DNA of 64,000 nt from a virus: IMG/VR virus record IMGVR_UViG_3300031918_000006, positions 51,599 to 115,598 of that record, one strand, 5' to 3'. Under the pieces are notes generated by a model that was not told the origin of the DNA, did no database searches, and saw only the letters and a program-made list of their open reading frames with translations. Each line of letters opens with the position of its first letter. The first letter of the stretch is position 1. This document shows positions 39,701 to 49,921 of this stretch, piece by piece. Both the position numbers and the translations under genes were made by a program.

Positions 39701-40751
39701 TCTTTTCTAATTTTGTATGTTTAGTTTCCCAAACATCGTGTTTTTTATAGTGGTAGTCTAACTTTCCACTTTGTATCATTGCATCTAAATTATCTAAAAA
39801 TAACTTAGTTTTCTCTCTTCCATGTTTCTTATGAAAATCAGAAATATCTTTTGATTTATAATTACTTGGAATCCAATAGAATAATGCCTTATACATTTTT
39901 CTAAGAGTGCTCATAGCCTTCATACCAGCTCTATCTGGATCATACCAAAAAACCACATGTGTAAATCTTTTTTGTAAAGCTTCTACTTGTTCTTTTTTTA
40001 AATATGAATTTTCAGATTGTGCTGAGATTGCATAAAATCCTAATCCTCTTAAAGTTAAAATATCTTTCATAGATTTAGTAACTATCACTAATTCTCCTTT
40101 TTTAGGTAATAAGTGAAGTCCCTGTAATTTAGAAGTATTTAATAAAAATCTGTATTTTATCTTAGATGGAAAATAAATCTTCCACAATTCTCTATTATCT
40201 TCATGCCCTAAAAAATATCCATAAATTGGACATTTATCAGTAGAAAAATAAGAGGGGATATTGTTAAGAAATACACTTTTTATAGAATAAACTCTTCCTT
40301 CTTTTAGTAACTCTTTTGTTACACCAAAACTATTCCACCATTCAAGTTCTTTTTCACTAAAATCTTTTACCTCAACTTTGATATCACAAGGTTCCTTATT
40401 ATCAATAATTTCTCCTGTATAAACACACCTTGGATCACTTTTGGCAACATCTGGTATATCACATATTCTGAAATCATTAGCAATTATTTGTAAAGCTTTG
40501 TGATAAGTGCATTTATTTAAATACATTACCACATCGATAAAATTGAAATTAGTACCACTTCCAAAATCTTTATAACGTAAACCTGCCTTATCACTTCTAT
40601 AGAAGCTACAAGTTTCTCTGTGATCTACTCTTAGAGTAGATTTAAATAATTTTTTGGTGACTGGAACTCCCAGATAAAAACTCATGTATTGTTCTTCTGG
40701 GTATTTCTTCAGTAAAAGTTCTTTGGTTATTTCTGGTTGTATTAAAAACAT
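39693..40751 (-). CDS. DNA primase (TOPRIM), crAss-type
   Basis: Degenerate Zn-binding domain (LRVDHRETCSFY, KDFG), TOPRIM VTKSMKD, YDPDRAG, KDISD; likely start ATG 40751. Confidence 0.85.
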   Translation of the reverse strand: MFLIQPEITKELLLKKYPEEQYMSFYLGVPVTKKLFKSTLRVDHRETCSFYRSDKAGLRYKDFGSGTNFNFIDVVMYLNKCTYHKALQIIANDFRICDIPDVAKSDPRCVYTGEIIDNKEPCDIKVEVKDFSEKELEWWNSFGVTKELLKEGRVYSIKSVFLNNIPSYFSTDKCPIYGYFLGHEDNRELWKIYFPSKIKYRFLLNTSKLQGLHLLPKKGELVIVTKSMKDILTLRGLGFYAISAQSENSYLKKEQVEALQKRFTHVVFWYDPDRAGMKAMSTLRKMYKALFYWIPSNYKSKDISDFHKKHGREKTKLFLDNLDAMIQSGKLDYHYKKHDVWETKHTKLEKNG

Positions 40752-40827
40752 TTTTTTGATTTTTTGCACAAAATAGAACATTGTTTAATAAACAATCTTC
40801 ACAATGATCATTTGGGTAGTACATTTT

Positions 40828-40854
40828 AAAATAAAGGGGGTTTCCCCCCTTTTA
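40828..40854 (-). terminator. Intrinsic terminator
   Basis: AAAGGGGG-TTTC-CCCCCTTT hairpin with AT-rich flanks, after the SSB-like gene. Confidence 0.75.
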
Positions 40855-41526
40855 TTATAAATCCGTTAAACTGTCCATTTTTAAATTACTGGGTGAACTT
40901 TTAGGAACATCCAGTCCTTCTAATTCAGCAACAGGTTGTCTAGGCATACTTGTTGGAGTTGCTTGAACAAAATTAGCAATTCTCTTCATCTCCTTATCGG
41001 TAAAACCTAAATTTGTACCAACATAAGTAGATGTTCTATAAACTACTTTTTCCTTATTAATTGCTAATGGGAAGCCAGGAAATTTAGCTGCACCATTCTT
41101 GTCTTTATCTAACTTGATTTGGATCTTAGCTCCTACGAAGTCTTTGGTAGAATCTACGAAAATGTTTCTCATATCTTCCCAACTCTTAATAGTTAAAACT
41201 TTAGTTCCATCTGTGATTTCTTTGTATAATACAGGATTAACTGCAGCAATAAGCTGTTTGAAATAGTCTTGAATTACCTCAGCGTTAGAAGGATTTTCTC
41301 CAAATTGGGAAGTAGTCCTTTTATAACCTTCTGGTTTTGGCTCAAAAATAGTATCTCTAAATTGTCCATGTTCGTTCTCGAACTTCACAACTATTACTTT
41401 AAATTCACCATTTTTATAATCTGCTTTTTCAACTCCTTTAAATTCAACATCATGAATCTTAAAGCCCTCTAATAGGGGTTTGCTTGTGCTTACATTTACA
41501 CTGTTATCAATACTAAATCCGTTCAT
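40855..41526 (-). CDS. Putative ssDNA-binding protein
   Basis: Position between Sak4-like ATPase and primase; beta-rich N-terminus; disordered tail ending DSLTDL. Confidence 0.5.
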   Translation of the reverse strand: MNGFSIDNSVNVSTSKPLLEGFKIHDVEFKGVEKADYKNGEFKVIVVKFENEHGQFRDTIFEPKPEGYKRTTSQFGENPSNAEVIQDYFKQLIAAVNPVLYKEITDGTKVLTIKSWEDMRNIFVDSTKDFVGAKIQIKLDKDKNGAAKFPGFPLAINKEKVVYRTSTYVGTNLGFTDKEMKRIANFVQATPTSMPRQPVAELEGLDVPKSSPSNLKMDSLTDL

Positions 41527-41528
41527 TC

Positions 41529-42038
41529 TTACTTAATTATAAATTTTCCTATATTCAACTCTAAATCATCCCCTATATTAGTAGAATGTTCTAAAGTCTC
41601 TAGTGTTACTGCAGGTACAGATCCTTTAACTAATGACTGTCCTATTAATTTTACGCTGCCGTCTCCCATGTCTTTTACATCGAATATTTCCCCGTGTTTT
41701 AATAAGCTATCTCGTTGATCTCCCCTAAATGACACTGTAGATGCCTTTGTGAGTTTATTACCATTTCCTTCTTCATTGAAGACTTTAGCCGGAGCTAAGA
41801 AAGGTACGATAAACTCTCCATCATCTTTATATCTAACCACTAATCTATCCCCTTCCTTAACTTTTAAAAGTTCAGTAAGTCTGGGAGTTAATAGTAATTT
41901 GTTTGTGTCGAGTGTTACTTGTAACGCCTCGTTTATCTCAATTTGTTTTTTATTCTTTGTAGGTGTTTTGACAGAATCACCAACAGTGACCGATACAACC
42001 TCTTGGTTGATCGGATCAAAGTCAATTATAATCTTCAT
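41529..42038 (-). CDS. Hypothetical protein (AbrB-like strand pattern)
   Basis: LLKVKEGDRLVV; likely start ATG 42038. Confidence 0.55.
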   Translation of the reverse strand: MKIIIDFDPINQEVVSVTVGDSVKTPTKNKKQIEINEALQVTLDTNKLLLTPRLTELLKVKEGDRLVVRYKDDGEFIVPFLAPAKVFNEEGNGNKLTKASTVSFRGDQRDSLLKHGEIFDVKDMGDGSVKLIGQSLVKGSVPAVTLETLEHSTNIGDDLELNIGKFIIK

Positions 42039-42775
42039 TACTCTTTGATTAAAGATGGATAGATTCGTTCCCAATAGGAAATGAACTTGCCATCGATTTT
42101 CTCAGCTACAACAATTTCTTGTCCACTTAAATGCTCTGGTCTAGCACCACACATAAACTCATCTCCAGTTCCAAAATTGATTACTGTCTGATTCTCAGCA
42201 TTTCTATATACATAGCCAATTGCATCAGAATTAGCCGAAGCTATTCTTTTACTCTTACCTACTAAATCTAAATCCTTTAAATTAAATTCAGCACCAGCTT
42301 TTTCTAACTGAGTGTCTTTTACGTGTCCTACTAAAATAACATTAGGACATACTGTTTCTACCCAACCAATTACTTTGAAAAAAGCTTGTCTAAGATACAG
42401 ATATCCTGCACCGTTAGGTAGAGTTAAAATGTTAGTCCCTACATAGTTAGCGCCCATTGGCGTTTGCTGATACATTTGAACAGCAAGAGGAGCACAAATG
42501 TCTTCTAATGCAGTTACAGTATCTAATGCTACAAATTCATAGGGATTACCTGCTTTTTTGATTTCTCTACAGATTTCTAGAATATCCTCTGCAGTTTTAG
42601 CTTTAACCTTTAAGGCTTCTACATAATCACTACCTGATTCTAGATCTATAATTAAGCAATTAGGTAAAGTGCTTAATAGAGTTGTTTTTCCAACCTTTGG
42701 TAATCCAAAAAGAATTAAATTCTTTGGATTCTGGGTTGTTGCTTTAATTTTTTCAGTTGGCAAACTTACAGCCAT
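42038..42775 (-). CDS. Sak4-like / AAA_24 ATPase (single-strand annealing recombinase candidate)
   Basis: GLPKVGKT, IIDLESG, VALDT, LVGH. Confidence 0.8.
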   Translation of the reverse strand: MAVSLPTEKIKATTQNPKNLILFGLPKVGKTTLLSTLPNCLIIDLESGSDYVEALKVKAKTAEDILEICREIKKAGNPYEFVALDTVTALEDICAPLAVQMYQQTPMGANYVGTNILTLPNGAGYLYLRQAFFKVIGWVETVCPNVILVGHVKDTQLEKAGAEFNLKDLDLVGKSKRIASANSDAIGYVYRNAENQTVINFGTGDEFMCGARPEHLSGQEIVVAEKIDGKFISYWERIYPSLIKE

Positions 42776-42909
42776 AATATTTTTAATCGTATTAGTTAAA
42801 CATATAGTAAATATAAATATTCACTTTACGTAAGAGCCATCTTTTTCTTTGTGTTTGCTCTAAATGTTTAACTTGGGGGAATTACTTCACCCGGCCAGGA
42901 TATACCTGA

Positions 42910-44001
42910 CTAAAGGAAGAATCCAGTTTTTTCTTCTGGTTGTGTACTTCCTAATTTTTTATCAATCCACATGGGATTGTTAAATATTGAATAATCAATA
43001 TTAGAATCATCTCCATCACCAGTAAGTTCTGGTAATTCTTTGACTCTGTTAACTTTTCCATAAAAAGAGACAGGGACTACTTTTTCAGAGTCACCATATC
43101 TATTTTTCAATAAACATAGAAATCTTGCTTTATCACGAAGTTTTGTTATATCATAACCTCTGTGCTTCATCTGCTTTTCTTTAAAAGGATTGTATATTCC
43201 AATCACGATCTCTGCATCTTCACTTGGAGCTCCACTATCCTTAATATCCTCAAGGGTGGGTTCTAATAAATTTGCATTTCTTCTATCCATAGAAGTTTGA
43301 TCTCTATTTACTTGCATCAACACTAAAATAGCATATTTGCATTTATTTCTAAACCATAGTAAATAGGATGAAGCTAAATCAATCTCTTCTTTTTTACTTC
43401 TTCCTTTTGATCTTCTCATTAATCCAATATGGTCCATTATGACCAGACGAATTTGTTCAGGATTATTAGGAGTATAAAATTCAGAATTTCCCCTTTCTTC
43501 AAAGGTACCTTCAGATTCTGCATAAGTTTTTAAGAAAGCCCATAGGCTTTCACAATGCAAAGTTTTATCAAAAATCACTAAATGAGATTCGATTAACTCT
43601 AACCACTCCAGTGCTTTTAAAATATATGCATAATTATCATCTGATAAAGATTCTTTCTTTGAGAATATTTCCTTGTAACCTAACTGTATTCCATATGTTT
43701 CCATCATGAAAATACTCGCGAGTTTAGCAAGAAGCATCTCTCCAGTCATCTCTAAACTGAAATAAATTATTTTAAAATCTTTTCCTTCTTTCAACATGGC
43801 CATTAATGGCCGATAAATATAACAATATAAGGCTATTGAAGTTTTTCCACTTCCGGTTTTACCAAAAAGAACTGTATACATCTCTGGAGTTACACCATAA
43901 ATATACTCTTCTAATCTAGGCATTCCCATAGAAATACCTATATTTTTACCTTCTCTTCCTCTATCTATCTGATTCTTAAGCTTACTTCTATAATTACTCA
44001 T
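42910..44001 (-). CDS. dnaB: Replicative SF4 helicase, DnaB-like
   Basis: GKTGSGKT, FSLEM, IMDHIGL, QVNR, DIKDSG, KNRYG. Confidence 0.9.
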   Translation of the reverse strand: MSNYRSKLKNQIDRGREGKNIGISMGMPRLEEYIYGVTPEMYTVLFGKTGSGKTSIALYCYIYRPLMAMLKEGKDFKIIYFSLEMTGEMLLAKLASIFMMETYGIQLGYKEIFSKKESLSDDNYAYILKALEWLELIESHLVIFDKTLHCESLWAFLKTYAESEGTFEERGNSEFYTPNNPEQIRLVIMDHIGLMRRSKGRSKKEEIDLASSYLLWFRNKCKYAILVLMQVNRDQTSMDRRNANLLEPTLEDIKDSGAPSEDAEIVIGIYNPFKEKQMKHRGYDITKLRDKARFLCLLKNRYGDSEKVVPVSFYGKVNRVKELPELTGDGDDSNIDYSIFNNPMWIDKKLGSTQPEEKTGFFL

Positions 44002-44618
44002 ACTAATTCTGAGGAATCAAAAGTTGCTTGAAAGTTAGCTTTTACCTCTCCAGATTTAATTTTTGAAAGGTCTATCCATTTCCGTGAAATCACGAATTCG
44101 GCTAAACCAAATTGAATTAAATTGTTTTCTGTTGCCCACTTAACTAATTCTATTATTTCATTATGCTTATCTATTTTAAAGCGAATTGCTTTAGCATACA
44201 TGAAAGAAAAATCCTCTAAACTTCTAAAATGTTTAGCAATATTTTTCATTGGAAATGATTTATTTCCTGAAGTAATAAAACATGGATATGTAGTCAATAG
44301 TTCAAATCCCATATCTCCAGCAGTTTTAAAATATTTCTCACTAAATAGTTTTGAAAGTTTTATCTTGCTAGGATCAAAGGATACACCTGGACCAGGTATT
44401 TTAAAAGATTCATCAATAATTCCTTTTTCGAGTAGAGACTCTAATGTTTGTTTCGGAATATTGTCTTTTTTTGCTTGTGTAAAATATCTGAATAAACTAT
44501 CTGTATCACCTTCTTCACAGAGGTACAGTAACTGAATAAAAAACCACTCTTCAGCAGAAATTTGTAATGCTACCATTACATCTAGTTCTTTATTTAACTC
44601 AAGCTTTAATTTGTTCAT
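43998..44618 (-). CDS. Hypothetical replication-associated protein (helicase loader candidate)
   Basis: Coupled to dnaB by ATGA overlap; function inferred from position only. Confidence 0.5.
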   Translation of the reverse strand: MNKLKLELNKELDVMVALQISAEEWFFIQLLYLCEEGDTDSLFRYFTQAKKDNIPKQTLESLLEKGIIDESFKIPGPGVSFDPSKIKLSKLFSEKYFKTAGDMGFELLTTYPCFITSGNKSFPMKNIAKHFRSLEDFSFMYAKAIRFKIDKHNEIIELVKWATENNLIQFGLAEFVISRKWIDLSKIKSGEVKANFQATFDSSELV

Positions 44619-44890
44619 ACTATTTGATGTGCTCCTTCTGGTGTTTTTACAATACACCACTCATATTGATCAATATATCTCTTCACAATATCTGTAAATT
44701 CCATACCTTCATCTTCTGTGTTAAACACAATGATGTATTCTATAACATCATCTTTGAATTTATAATTAGCAACTCCTATCTGTACCACTTGATCACCGAT
44801 CATGATGGTACCACATTTGTAGCAAATAAACTCAGTATCTTCTTTTTTAACCCTTAACGGATTCTTGCAATTAGGACATTCTATAACCAT
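44615..44890 (-). CDS. Zinc-ribbon protein
   Basis: CPNC...CYKC. Confidence 0.65.
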   Translation of the reverse strand: MVIECPNCKNPLRVKKEDTEFICYKCGTIMIGDQVVQIGVANYKFKDDVIEYIIVFNTEDEGMEFTDIVKRYIDQYEWCIVKTPEGAHQIV

Positions 44891-45153
44891 TATTTTTTTT
44901 GTAATCGGTCTATTTGTGCTGCAATCAAAGCTGCAGCTACTGTCAATCTCTGTACTTCTGTTTTTTGGAGAATTTTATCTCTAAATTTCTCCAACCAATA
45001 AAAAGGCCATTCAAATTGATCTGGATTAATACAAAATAATGCAGCTTTTATAAGTTCATTTTGAGAATAATCTCTATCATTTTGCTCATCAAACCCGTGT
45101 TTTTCGATTTGTTCTCGTCTTTCTTGCGTAATTAATTCTATTCCTGTTGGCAT
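44890..45153 (-). CDS. Hypothetical phage protein with its own promoter
   Basis: Likely start ATG 45153 (MPTGIELITQERREQIEKHG...AAALIAAQIDRL). Confidence 0.65.
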   Translation of the reverse strand: MPTGIELITQERREQIEKHGFDEQNDRDYSQNELIKAALFCINPDQFEWPFYWLEKFRDKILQKTEVQRLTVAAALIAAQIDRLQKK

Positions 45154-45173
45154 TATTTTTTGTTGTAAGAGTA

Positions 45174-45204
45174 TAAAGTTAGTAAAAATCTTTGATTTCT
45201 CAAA
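45174..45204 (-). promoter_or_regulatory. Bacteroidota sigma-A type promoter
   Basis: Minus strand TTTG, 19 nt spacer, TAACTTTA (near TAnnTTTG), about 20 nt upstream of ATG 45153. Confidence 0.6.
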
Positions 45205-46417
45205 ATCTAAACAGATATTTATTCTCTTTGTGTTCTTTTTGTTCAATATCTCCATTGGTCAAAACAATTGCGAGTTGTTCTTCATCAATGGTAATAATAC
45301 TTGCATCTTCTTTAGAGGCTTTTCTGAACCATTCTTCTTCTACAGTTCCTCGTAATACCAAATGAAAAATCTCGGAGGTTTTCTCTCCCTCGAGCCGTAT
45401 AGCTCTGCCTTTTCTCTGATAATTACTAGTCCATGAGGAAGTTCCTCCTAACACTATTGCTAAATTAACTCCTTTGATGTCTGCTCCTAATTCTATAGTT
45501 CTTATGCTATTTAGGACTCCCGATTCTACATCATTAAAAGCTTCTTCAATTAACTTTCTCTTTTTAGGAGTTAATTTGGAATGAATTGTTGATCCAATTC
45601 CAATACTTTCTGCCATTTCTATACTTTGTGAAAAAGTTATAGCTTTAGCATTTGGTCTAAAAGTTAGAATTTGTTTAGCTATTATAGCTTTAAATGCATG
45701 ATTATAAATAAATTTCTTTCTACCTTGTAAAGCTCTATTAAAGCCAAAAGTATGAATATCAACGTCTTTATAATCTAGATTATTTACTTTTGCGTATCTT
45801 CTACGGTTTATAACATTGCCTAACATAGACATAGCTAGGTCAAAATCATAATTAAAATAAGAGAAGTGAGCTATAAACTCAGTATTCATTTTCTGGTATT
45901 CTGTGAGATCCACATCTAAAAGAACTTTATACTCTCTGAATGGAGCTAGCCATTTATTAAGTATGCATTCTTTTAAAGTAACTTCCGCACAGACTGGTGC
46001 ATATTTTTTAATCAAAGTTTCCTTCCCATCCAATCTCTCGATTGTAGCAGTAAGTCCCATGATTATTTTATAATCCGTTTTTCTAAATACTTTACTAAAA
46101 GTATCTCCAGCCATAGAATGAATTTCATCAATTATTAGAAAATCAACTATGTGATCTCCTACAATAACTGAGTTTATAACCCAAACTTCAATATTGTTTA
46201 ATTCCCAGGCTTTTAGCAATTCCATCCATTGATTTTTAAGATATAATGTAGGTACTACTACCATTACTATACCCTCAGGATTATTTTTAAGGAACCATTT
46301 AATTGCACGCAATCCAATTCTAGTTTTACCAAAACCAGTTGCCCCAATTACAGTTCCTCTACATCCTCCTTTAACCCATGACATTAGAACGTCTGTTTGT
46401 CTTTCGTCTCTAGTCAT
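45200..46417 (-). CDS. SF2 DExH helicase (UvsW/ResIII-like)
   Basis: ATGFGKT, VPT, IIDEIH, GLTAT, GADI, QRKGRAIR. Confidence 0.9.
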   Translation of the reverse strand: MTRDERQTDVLMSWVKGGCRGTVIGATGFGKTRIGLRAIKWFLKNNPEGIVMVVVPTLYLKNQWMELLKAWELNNIEVWVINSVIVGDHIVDFLIIDEIHSMAGDTFSKVFRKTDYKIIMGLTATIERLDGKETLIKKYAPVCAEVTLKECILNKWLAPFREYKVLLDVDLTEYQKMNTEFIAHFSYFNYDFDLAMSMLGNVINRRRYAKVNNLDYKDVDIHTFGFNRALQGRKKFIYNHAFKAIIAKQILTFRPNAKAITFSQSIEMAESIGIGSTIHSKLTPKKRKLIEEAFNDVESGVLNSIRTIELGADIKGVNLAIVLGGTSSWTSNYQRKGRAIRLEGEKTSEIFHLVLRGTVEEEWFRKASKEDASIITIDEEQLAIVLTNGDIEQKEHKENKYLFRF

Positions 46418-48670
46418 TAATGCTTCCAGAATGTATTAATAGCAGCATCAGCCTTTAAAGGAATAATTTTACAAAAAGGAGTTCCTCCTTTTACCATACA
46501 TTTCTCTAAGATATTCTTCCACTTTTCTGCTTCACTTTCTGGGACTTCCATTAGAATTTCATCATAGATAAAATTTACTATTTTCACCACATTAAATAAG
46601 TCTTGTTTCATAATTTCATTAAACAGCAGTACCAAAGCATATTTGCTAATAGAAGATGCTGTCCCTTGAATACGGTAATTCTGGGCTTTTCTCTGTATTT
46701 CACCTTTTGTCTTGAAATATTCTTTAACACGCGCTCTTAAGACTAAATCATTCGTATTTTCTCTATAAATCTTCCAGAAATTATTTTCCCTGGTTTCAGA
46801 GTCAATTTCTTTAAATTCTTCAAAATGTGGTATAAAATATTTATGACGAGTTACATCATTAAATTCAATATAACCATCTCTTACAGCATTCTGATATACC
46901 TTTTTAAAATAAGCAGGTAAATCTGGGAAAGCCTTAAAGTAAGCATTATATACAAATTCTCCTTGTGCTTCTGAAATATCACATCCTCTTGCGATTGTTG
47001 TGCCATTTCCACCATAAGCAATTGCGACATTTTTTCTTACATTTATCCATTCATGTAAGGTTAGACTATATCATCATCTTAGATTTCTCTAAGAGCCGGA
47101 CGCTTTTTCACTATATCACTACATATAGTTACTTCCTGTTATTAAGCCAATGTATAGCTCAGGTAGTCGTTGCACCTTCACAGAGTTTACTCTGTGCTTG
47201 GCTCAGGATTAGCATTACAGCCTTCCCTGAGTTCATCCGATTTTCTAATGAAATCACTCTCATTAGGGGCCCGCATTATAAAATAATGTCCCTTGTACAA
47301 GGTTTATTTTTTAAAGGCAACCCAGCCTTTTTTGCTAACTGTCTCTTATCAGCATGTTGTTTTTTGATCTCATCAGAAGTCAATCCAGAAAGTTCATCAT
47401 ACATCTTACTAGCAACAAAACAATGCTGATCACCAAATCCAGTCTTAAAGAACTCAATCATACCTCTATCTTGTGAAAGATTAGCAAGTACTACTGTTTC
47501 TTGTCCACTGTAATCACAATCTATCATCACATTACCAGGTTCAGATATAAAACAACTTCTTGTCTCAGGATCTGAAGGTAAATTACACATATTTGGGAGA
47601 TCTCTCTTACTATCTCCAGAGGAGATTCTAGAAGTATCCATTAATTGAGTAAAGTTAGTATGAATTCTGCCAGTAGCAGGTTCAATATACTTTAACCAAT
47701 TTTCACCATATGTTCCACATTCCTTCTGAAGTTCCTTGTACTTAATATAAGGAGTAATTATAGGAAATTCTTTCTTTTGTTTCTCAATCATCTTAGCATC
47801 CACTGATTCCCGTTCTTCTCCTTTTTTATATTCTGTGGTTTTTATACCCAGTTGATTAAAAAAAGGAAGTACTTGTTTAGATGAATTCCAATTCATGATG
47901 CATTTTCTCTCTGTAGAGAATAGATCCAATTGACTATCAAAATATTGATGATAATTGTTATCCCATAGATATTGGTTTAGCCCTTCTTCGGCAAGTCCGA
48001 GGTCCTGTTTGTTTTTCTCAAACTTAGCCATCCACTTTTCAGTATCCAATTTGATTCCACAATGCTCTATATATGCAAGAACTTTAACAAAATTATTTTC
48101 CAGGTTTAAAGCAGTTACTAAATCAAGTTCATTGATTTTTTCTATTTGTAGTTCCATGATTGGAATGATGTGTTCGACATCAGCCAATGCATAGTTAACA
48201 GTAGATTCTGTTAGTCCTTTATAAATAATTTCTCCTCTTACACTTTTATCCAGGGTCACCCCTAAATAATTAAACGCCAAATCTTTCAAAGTTCTGCCAT
48301 TATACTTTAAACCATTGGTTAGAAGTATTTCTGCAATATAAGTATCATATATTTTTCTAGGAATTATTCCATGATAATACATAAATCTTATATCAAATTT
48401 TAGATTTTGACCTACGATTAAAATATCCGATTCTAGTAAAGGTTTTATAACTTGTACACTTACACTTTCATGATCAAAAAGAACTTGAAAATCTTTTGTG
48501 CCAAATTGACTAGATAGAATAGCATCTTTATAACAATTTAAACCTCGAGTTTCAGTATCAAAGCCTAATATTTGTTGTTTTAGTAGCATTTCTAAAGCCT
48601 CTTCTACCGAAATAAGCTTTGCCACTTCCCAATCAAATAATCTAGGATTATTAGAAACTATATATTTCAT
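46417..48670 (-). CDS. polA: Family A DNA polymerase with 3'-5' exonuclease, intron-split: join(47320..48670,46417..47027), 653 aa
   Basis: Exo DTET, QNLKFD, YALAD; motif A DYSGQE. Splicing restores motif B RQLAKKAG-F-AIAYGG. Exon 2 is open through NYRIQGT and motif C IYDEI. 1351+611=1962 nt. Confidence 0.92.
47028..47319 (-). mobile_element. Group I self-splicing intron (292 nt, no homing endonuclease ORF)
   Basis: 5' exon ends in U and intron ends in G. IGS UGCGG-GCCC pairs with exon 2 UCGCA (P10) and exon 1 GGGU (P1, U.G). P3 UCGGAUG/CGUCCGG, P4 CUCAGG/CCUGAG, R GUGCAACGACUA, S GAUAUAGUC (P7 GACUA/UAGUC). Confidence 0.93.
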
Positions 48671-49512
48671 CTTAGTATAAATTCTTTACTAATAGCTACC
48701 TTCTGCAGTTCTATTTCTTTTTTTTCCCAGAAATCAATATGTTTTTTCACATCATCACTTAATGTGTATAATATTCTTTTTCTCAAGATATTTAACTGAT
48801 CCGTAGTTAATTCACTATACTTTCTGCTTTTTAAAGTAATTAATGCTCTAAATTGAGTATAGTTTAATCCGGTTGGAGTAAGTATTAAATTTACAGTTGG
48901 AGATAGATTTAACCTCTCTCTTATCACTGATTTTTTATCCTTCTCTGCACCTGCCTCATCCAATTCGGTGAGGTCTTTGTTCTCTTCTTTTGTAAACCAA
49001 ATTCCTTGCTTCAATATAAAAGAAAGGGTAATGTGTCGTCTATCAAATTTACCAAGCTTATCGAGACATCCCTCAATTATAAGTTCTATTGGTAAACTTC
49101 TGTGTTCCCTGGCTACGCTTAGTAAGTCAGAGAGTAATAGAAATTTTACATCAGTTGGAGTAATATTATTGCTCTTTATGCTACCTCTTATAGCATCTAA
49201 GATTGCAGTTCTGCTACTGCCTATTGATTCTGAGTATCTCAGAAATAATTCAACACCACACCGAAGTTGTTGTTGTTGAATCTCTTTAAAAAGAGAAATT
49301 CTACCTAAATTGCTTCTATCCTGAGATAAAAGCATAGACTGTATATGATTGTGAAACTGTTGAAGTTCTTCTTTTGTACAATCTACTAGTCTTACTTCTT
49401 CTTGAGTAAAACTATCTCCTACTCTTACTTTTGGAAATTTCCAAACGAAAGAATTAATATCATTTTCTTTTTCTTTTAAAGCTGTTTTTAGCTTTTCATT
49501 TAAATCACCCAT
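48667..49512 (-). CDS. Hypothetical protein upstream of polA
   Basis: 281-aa ORF with ATGA overlap into polA. Confidence 0.7.
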   Translation of the reverse strand: MGDLNEKLKTALKEKENDINSFVWKFPKVRVGDSFTQEEVRLVDCTKEELQQFHNHIQSMLLSQDRSNLGRISLFKEIQQQQLRCGVELFLRYSESIGSSRTAILDAIRGSIKSNNITPTDVKFLLLSDLLSVAREHRSLPIELIIEGCLDKLGKFDRRHITLSFILKQGIWFTKEENKDLTELDEAGAEKDKKSVIRERLNLSPTVNLILTPTGLNYTQFRALITLKSRKYSELTTDQLNILRKRILYTLSDDVKKHIDFWEKKEIELQKVAISKEFILR

Positions 49513-49594
49513 CTACTTGTTTTTTAATTATTTATATCTTTCCGATACATGTAGATTTTATGTGGCTTAGACTCCTTTAAGGAGCTTTAATTCT

Positions 49595-49921
49595 TTACTT
49601 TACATACAGTTCCTTAGAAATAACGGAACCGTCTTTTATTACATGTGTTTGCGGAATAAAGGAAAGGTAATAATTTGCTGAATATTGATAAGGAACTATT
49701 TCACCAGTATCTTTATTTGTCCAAGTTTCCTTGAAAGCTCTTACAAATTTATAAGTTAAGAATCCTTCTTGTCCTACATCAACTTCATCATCTATCCAAT
49801 TTGGACATTTGGTGACAGTTATATATTCATTGGTTTCTAAGTTCTTAAAAATATATACAGTGTAATTACCTGCCCTTTTCGCCATAAGCTGGACGCTTAT
49901 AGTTATTCCATGCTGTTCCAT
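49595..49921 (-). CDS. Hypothetical protein (OB-fold-like)
   Basis: Beta-rich 108-aa ORF. Confidence 0.55.
   Translation of the reverse strand: MEQHGITISVQLMAKRAGNYTVYIFKNLETNEYITVTKCPNWIDDEVDVGQEGFLTYKFVRAFKETWTNKDTGEIVPYQYSANYYLSFIPQTHVIKDGSVISKELYVK

Noticed and set aside
40642-40824. 60-aa Cys-containing ORF overlapping the primase start, possible frameshift fusion via A-runs
   Set aside because: Primase has a plausible own start at 40751 and nothing supports frameshifting; the small ORF may be real but cannot be supported.
42776-42909. Hammerhead ribozyme
   Set aside because: The three-way junction lacks the CUGANGA and GAAA core on either strand.
46965-47429. 154-aa plus-strand ORF across the intron as a homing endonuclease
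   Set aside because: Antisense to polA and the intron, with no LAGLIDADG, HNH or GIY-YIG motif.
46417-48670. polA pseudogene or intein
   Set aside because: The gap has group I intron core elements and exact splice sites that restore the frame; it is not an in-frame protein insertion.
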